From: a virus
Taxonomy: Duplodnaviria > Caudoviricetes
Strand: one strand, 5' to 3'
DNA length: 26,538 nt
IMG/VR virus record: IMGVR_UViG_3300018070_000016
Coordinates: 1 to 26,538 of that record
Part shown: positions 24,840 through 26,538 of the stretch, piece after piece
Position numbering within the stretch: position 1 is the first letter of the stretch
Layout of the letters: every line of letters starts with the position of its first letter
Made by a program: the position numbers and the translations under genes
The notes under the pieces: generated by a model
What the model saw: only the letters and a program-made list of their open reading frames with translations
Told to the model about the DNA's origin: nothing
The model's database searches: none

Positions 24840-26165
24840 CTAGGATATTTTTGCAACGATCTTGCCAAGACGCTTTGCTTTTGCTAGCTTCTCCTTTATG
24901 CCTGCGTTATCTTTCTCAAGTGCGCTTAGTTTCTCAAGAAGCTCTGTGTTTGTCCGCGTCAACGCAATGTTCGCGCTCAGCGTATCCTGGTATTTCTTGA
25001 AGGTATCAGTTGAGTTCTTTCCTATAGCTTCATGCTCTGTTTTGAGTTCTGCGTTCTCGGTTCCTAAATCTTCAATACGTCTCTGAAACGCTGTAATTCT
25101 TTTGCTGTCGTCCACTTTTTCTTCGTCTCTGATCTTGATTCGAGTCTCAAGCTTTGTGATCGCTTGATTCAGCGTATCATTTGCTCCGCGTAGTTTATTG
25201 TTCTCGGTCTCAGTCTCAACGTTTATCTTCTCAAGCTCGGCTATTCTAAGTTCAGAAGCTTTCAACGCGCTTTCTGCTTTAATCGCTCGGAGCTTCGCAT
25301 CTGAAATCTCGAGTCCGCTGTGTCTATCTGCGTTGCTAATAGCCGGTTTTGAATCTGTCTTGACCTCAACTTTCTGTGGTACCTTGATTTTGAAGCGGAC
25401 CTCAAACTCGTTGCGCTTATACTGTAAGGCCTCTGAAATGAATTTCTCAGATGGGAATATACGCGCAGTTGCAAACCCGGGTAATGTGTCAAGCGTCAAT
25501 AGTGCGCAGCCAGTAAATTTGAATGCGCCATCTCTATCGGCTTCGAGGCTTACGTTTACTATGCCTCTTTGATCGAGCATCTGATAGAGCTTCACGCCCT
25601 TCGCGCAGACTGTGCAAACAACGTCTTTTGGCACTTGAAGAATGGCCTCTACCGCTCCTTCCTCATAGTTTGCGTCAATGTACTTTACGGTCTCTGGTAG
25701 CATAAGGCGTCTGTTATGATTAATGTTCATTGGTACGCCGATTATGCTTTTTGCTGCAGCTTCGAGTTCAGGTTCTGAGTACGGGTTTCCATTCATGCTA
25801 TCATATGGAAAAGCTACTGTAACCTTGTAGAATTTGTTGTTTTCATCTTCTCTAAGGGCTGTAAGCATATCTTTTGCCCATTGGAAACTTTCAAAGAATT
25901 TTTCGTATGCGTGCGTCTCGTCCAGGCTGTAGTCATCTACGAATTGGTAATATTGCCAAGCTGCAAACGGTTCAAGGTTCTTGTCGCCATGCGCGTATGT
26001 TGTTTGGAAGTCTTGGTAGATCTTTTTGAAGTGTGGATGTCGAAGCTCGCCCATAAGTTGCGCTCTTATGGACGCGCAATAGGCTGCCGGGTCGCCTTTA
26101 TCAGCGTTTTTGGCTTTACAGTCATCAAAATCTGTGTATCCTGCTTTTGTCCAATCACAAGGCAT
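24840..26165 (-). CDS. prohead protease fused to a coiled-coil scaffold
   Basis: SMNGNPY..EL......G.P.NINH (His), VNVSLE (Ser), F.G.ALL...PG; long C-terminal coiled coil. Confidence 0.8.
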   Translation of the reverse strand: MPCDWTKAGYTDFDDCKAKNADKGDPAAYCASIRAQLMGELRHPHFKKIYQDFQTTYAHGDKNLEPFAAWQYYQFVDDYSLDETHAYEKFFESFQWAKDMLTALREDENNKFYKVTVAFPYDSMNGNPYSEPELEAAAKSIIGVPMNINHNRRLMLPETVKYIDANYEEGAVEAILQVPKDVVCTVCAKGVKLYQMLDQRGIVNVSLEADRDGAFKFTGCALLTLDTLPGFATARIFPSEKFISEALQYKRNEFEVRFKIKVPQKVEVKTDSKPAISNADRHSGLEISDAKLRAIKAESALKASELRIAELEKINVETETENNKLRGANDTLNQAITKLETRIKIRDEEKVDDSKRITAFQRRIEDLGTENAELKTEHEAIGKNSTDTFKKYQDTLSANIALTRTNTELLEKLSALEKDNAGIKEKLAKAKRLGKIVAKIS

Positions 26166-26215
26166 ACTCTATACCTCTTGATAATTCCTAGCGCGCGTTT
26201 AGGTTTTAAAAGTAT

Positions 26216-26332
26216 CTATGAGGTTGATTCATTATTGCAGCGTGTACAGGCGAATTTCGTGCCTTCTTTGTTGACTCTCCATGCTTTACCAACTATCTTC
26301 TCATGGCAGATAGAGCAAATATCTTTAGGCAT
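26216..26332 (-). CDS. 38-aa Zn-finger peptide
   Basis: MPKDICSICHEK...FACTRC; GGAG RBS; the track start at 26413 overlaps the MuF gene. Confidence 0.6.
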   Translation of the reverse strand: MPKDICSICHEKIVGKAWRVNKEGTKFACTRCNNESTS

Positions 26333-26346
26333 TTCTCCACATCCTA

Positions 26347-26538
26347 TTAAGTAGTTCTTAATTGGACTAGACGTATATAGTCTGTGGCGCTCGTCAAACG
26401 CAGCAAGATACATCTACAGTTAGGGTGTGTAGAAGGGTAAAGCGTGTTCACGTCTTTGAAGCGTAACCAAGGAAACGCTGAGCGAAGCTCGAGACCTGTA
26501 AAGAGTATTCCTCCTAGAACGGTGCAGCTAAAGCAAGT
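26347..26538 (-). CDS. 3' end of MuF/SPP1 gp7-like minor head protein (partial, not in the ORF track)
   Basis: open frame from the window end: TCFSC...LYPSTHPNCRCIL...; TAA at 26349-26347. Confidence 0.8.
   Translation of the reverse strand, partial: TCFSCTVLGGILFTGLELRSAFPWLRFKDVNTLYPSTHPNCRCILLRLTSATDYIRLVQLRTT

Noticed and set aside
8384-26354. Plus-strand ORFs within the structural module (e.g. 15124..15534, 24487..24843, 25881..26354) and minus-strand ORFs in the early operon
   Set aside because: Antisense shadows of well-supported genes, without RBS or protein-like motifs
1-26538. tRNA, att site, integrase, DGR or terminal repeats
   Set aside because: None recognisable; both window ends fall inside genes and show no visible overlap

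Overview
The window is a large part of an archaeal head-tail (siphovirus-like) virus genome. Archaeal signs are GGAGGTG/AGGTGA ribosome-binding sites, TATA-type promoters and T-tract terminators. One membrane protein resembles a family I recall from Bathyarchaeia, so that host is an inference. Bases 1-1175 carry short genes, mostly on the minus strand. From about 1430 to 8344 is a plus-strand early/accessory operon: HTH, DUF932-like, AbrB-like, Zn-finger and wHTH proteins, many small ORFs, and two ORFs each broken by a single stop. From 8437 to 26538 is a minus-strand morphogenesis module: partial MuF, prohead protease/scaffold, major capsid protein, two glycosyltransferases plus a methyltransferase, head-tail adaptor, transglutaminase-like protease, a large membrane-anchored glycoprotein, a repeat fibre, BppU-like, neck/terminator, tail tube, a chaperone pair with a +1 frameshift site, a short tape measure, a tail hub and a holin-like protein. 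The strongest unexplained signal is an ORF-free segment of about 400 nt (about 2005-2405). It lies between a TATA box with an 18-bp perfect palindrome and a T-tract, and folds by eye into many nested long-range helices plus a pseudoknot, so it is a candidate large structured viral ncRNA. No terminase, portal, replicase, integrase, tRNA or CRISPR array is recognisable. All family calls come from motif recognition, not database searches.
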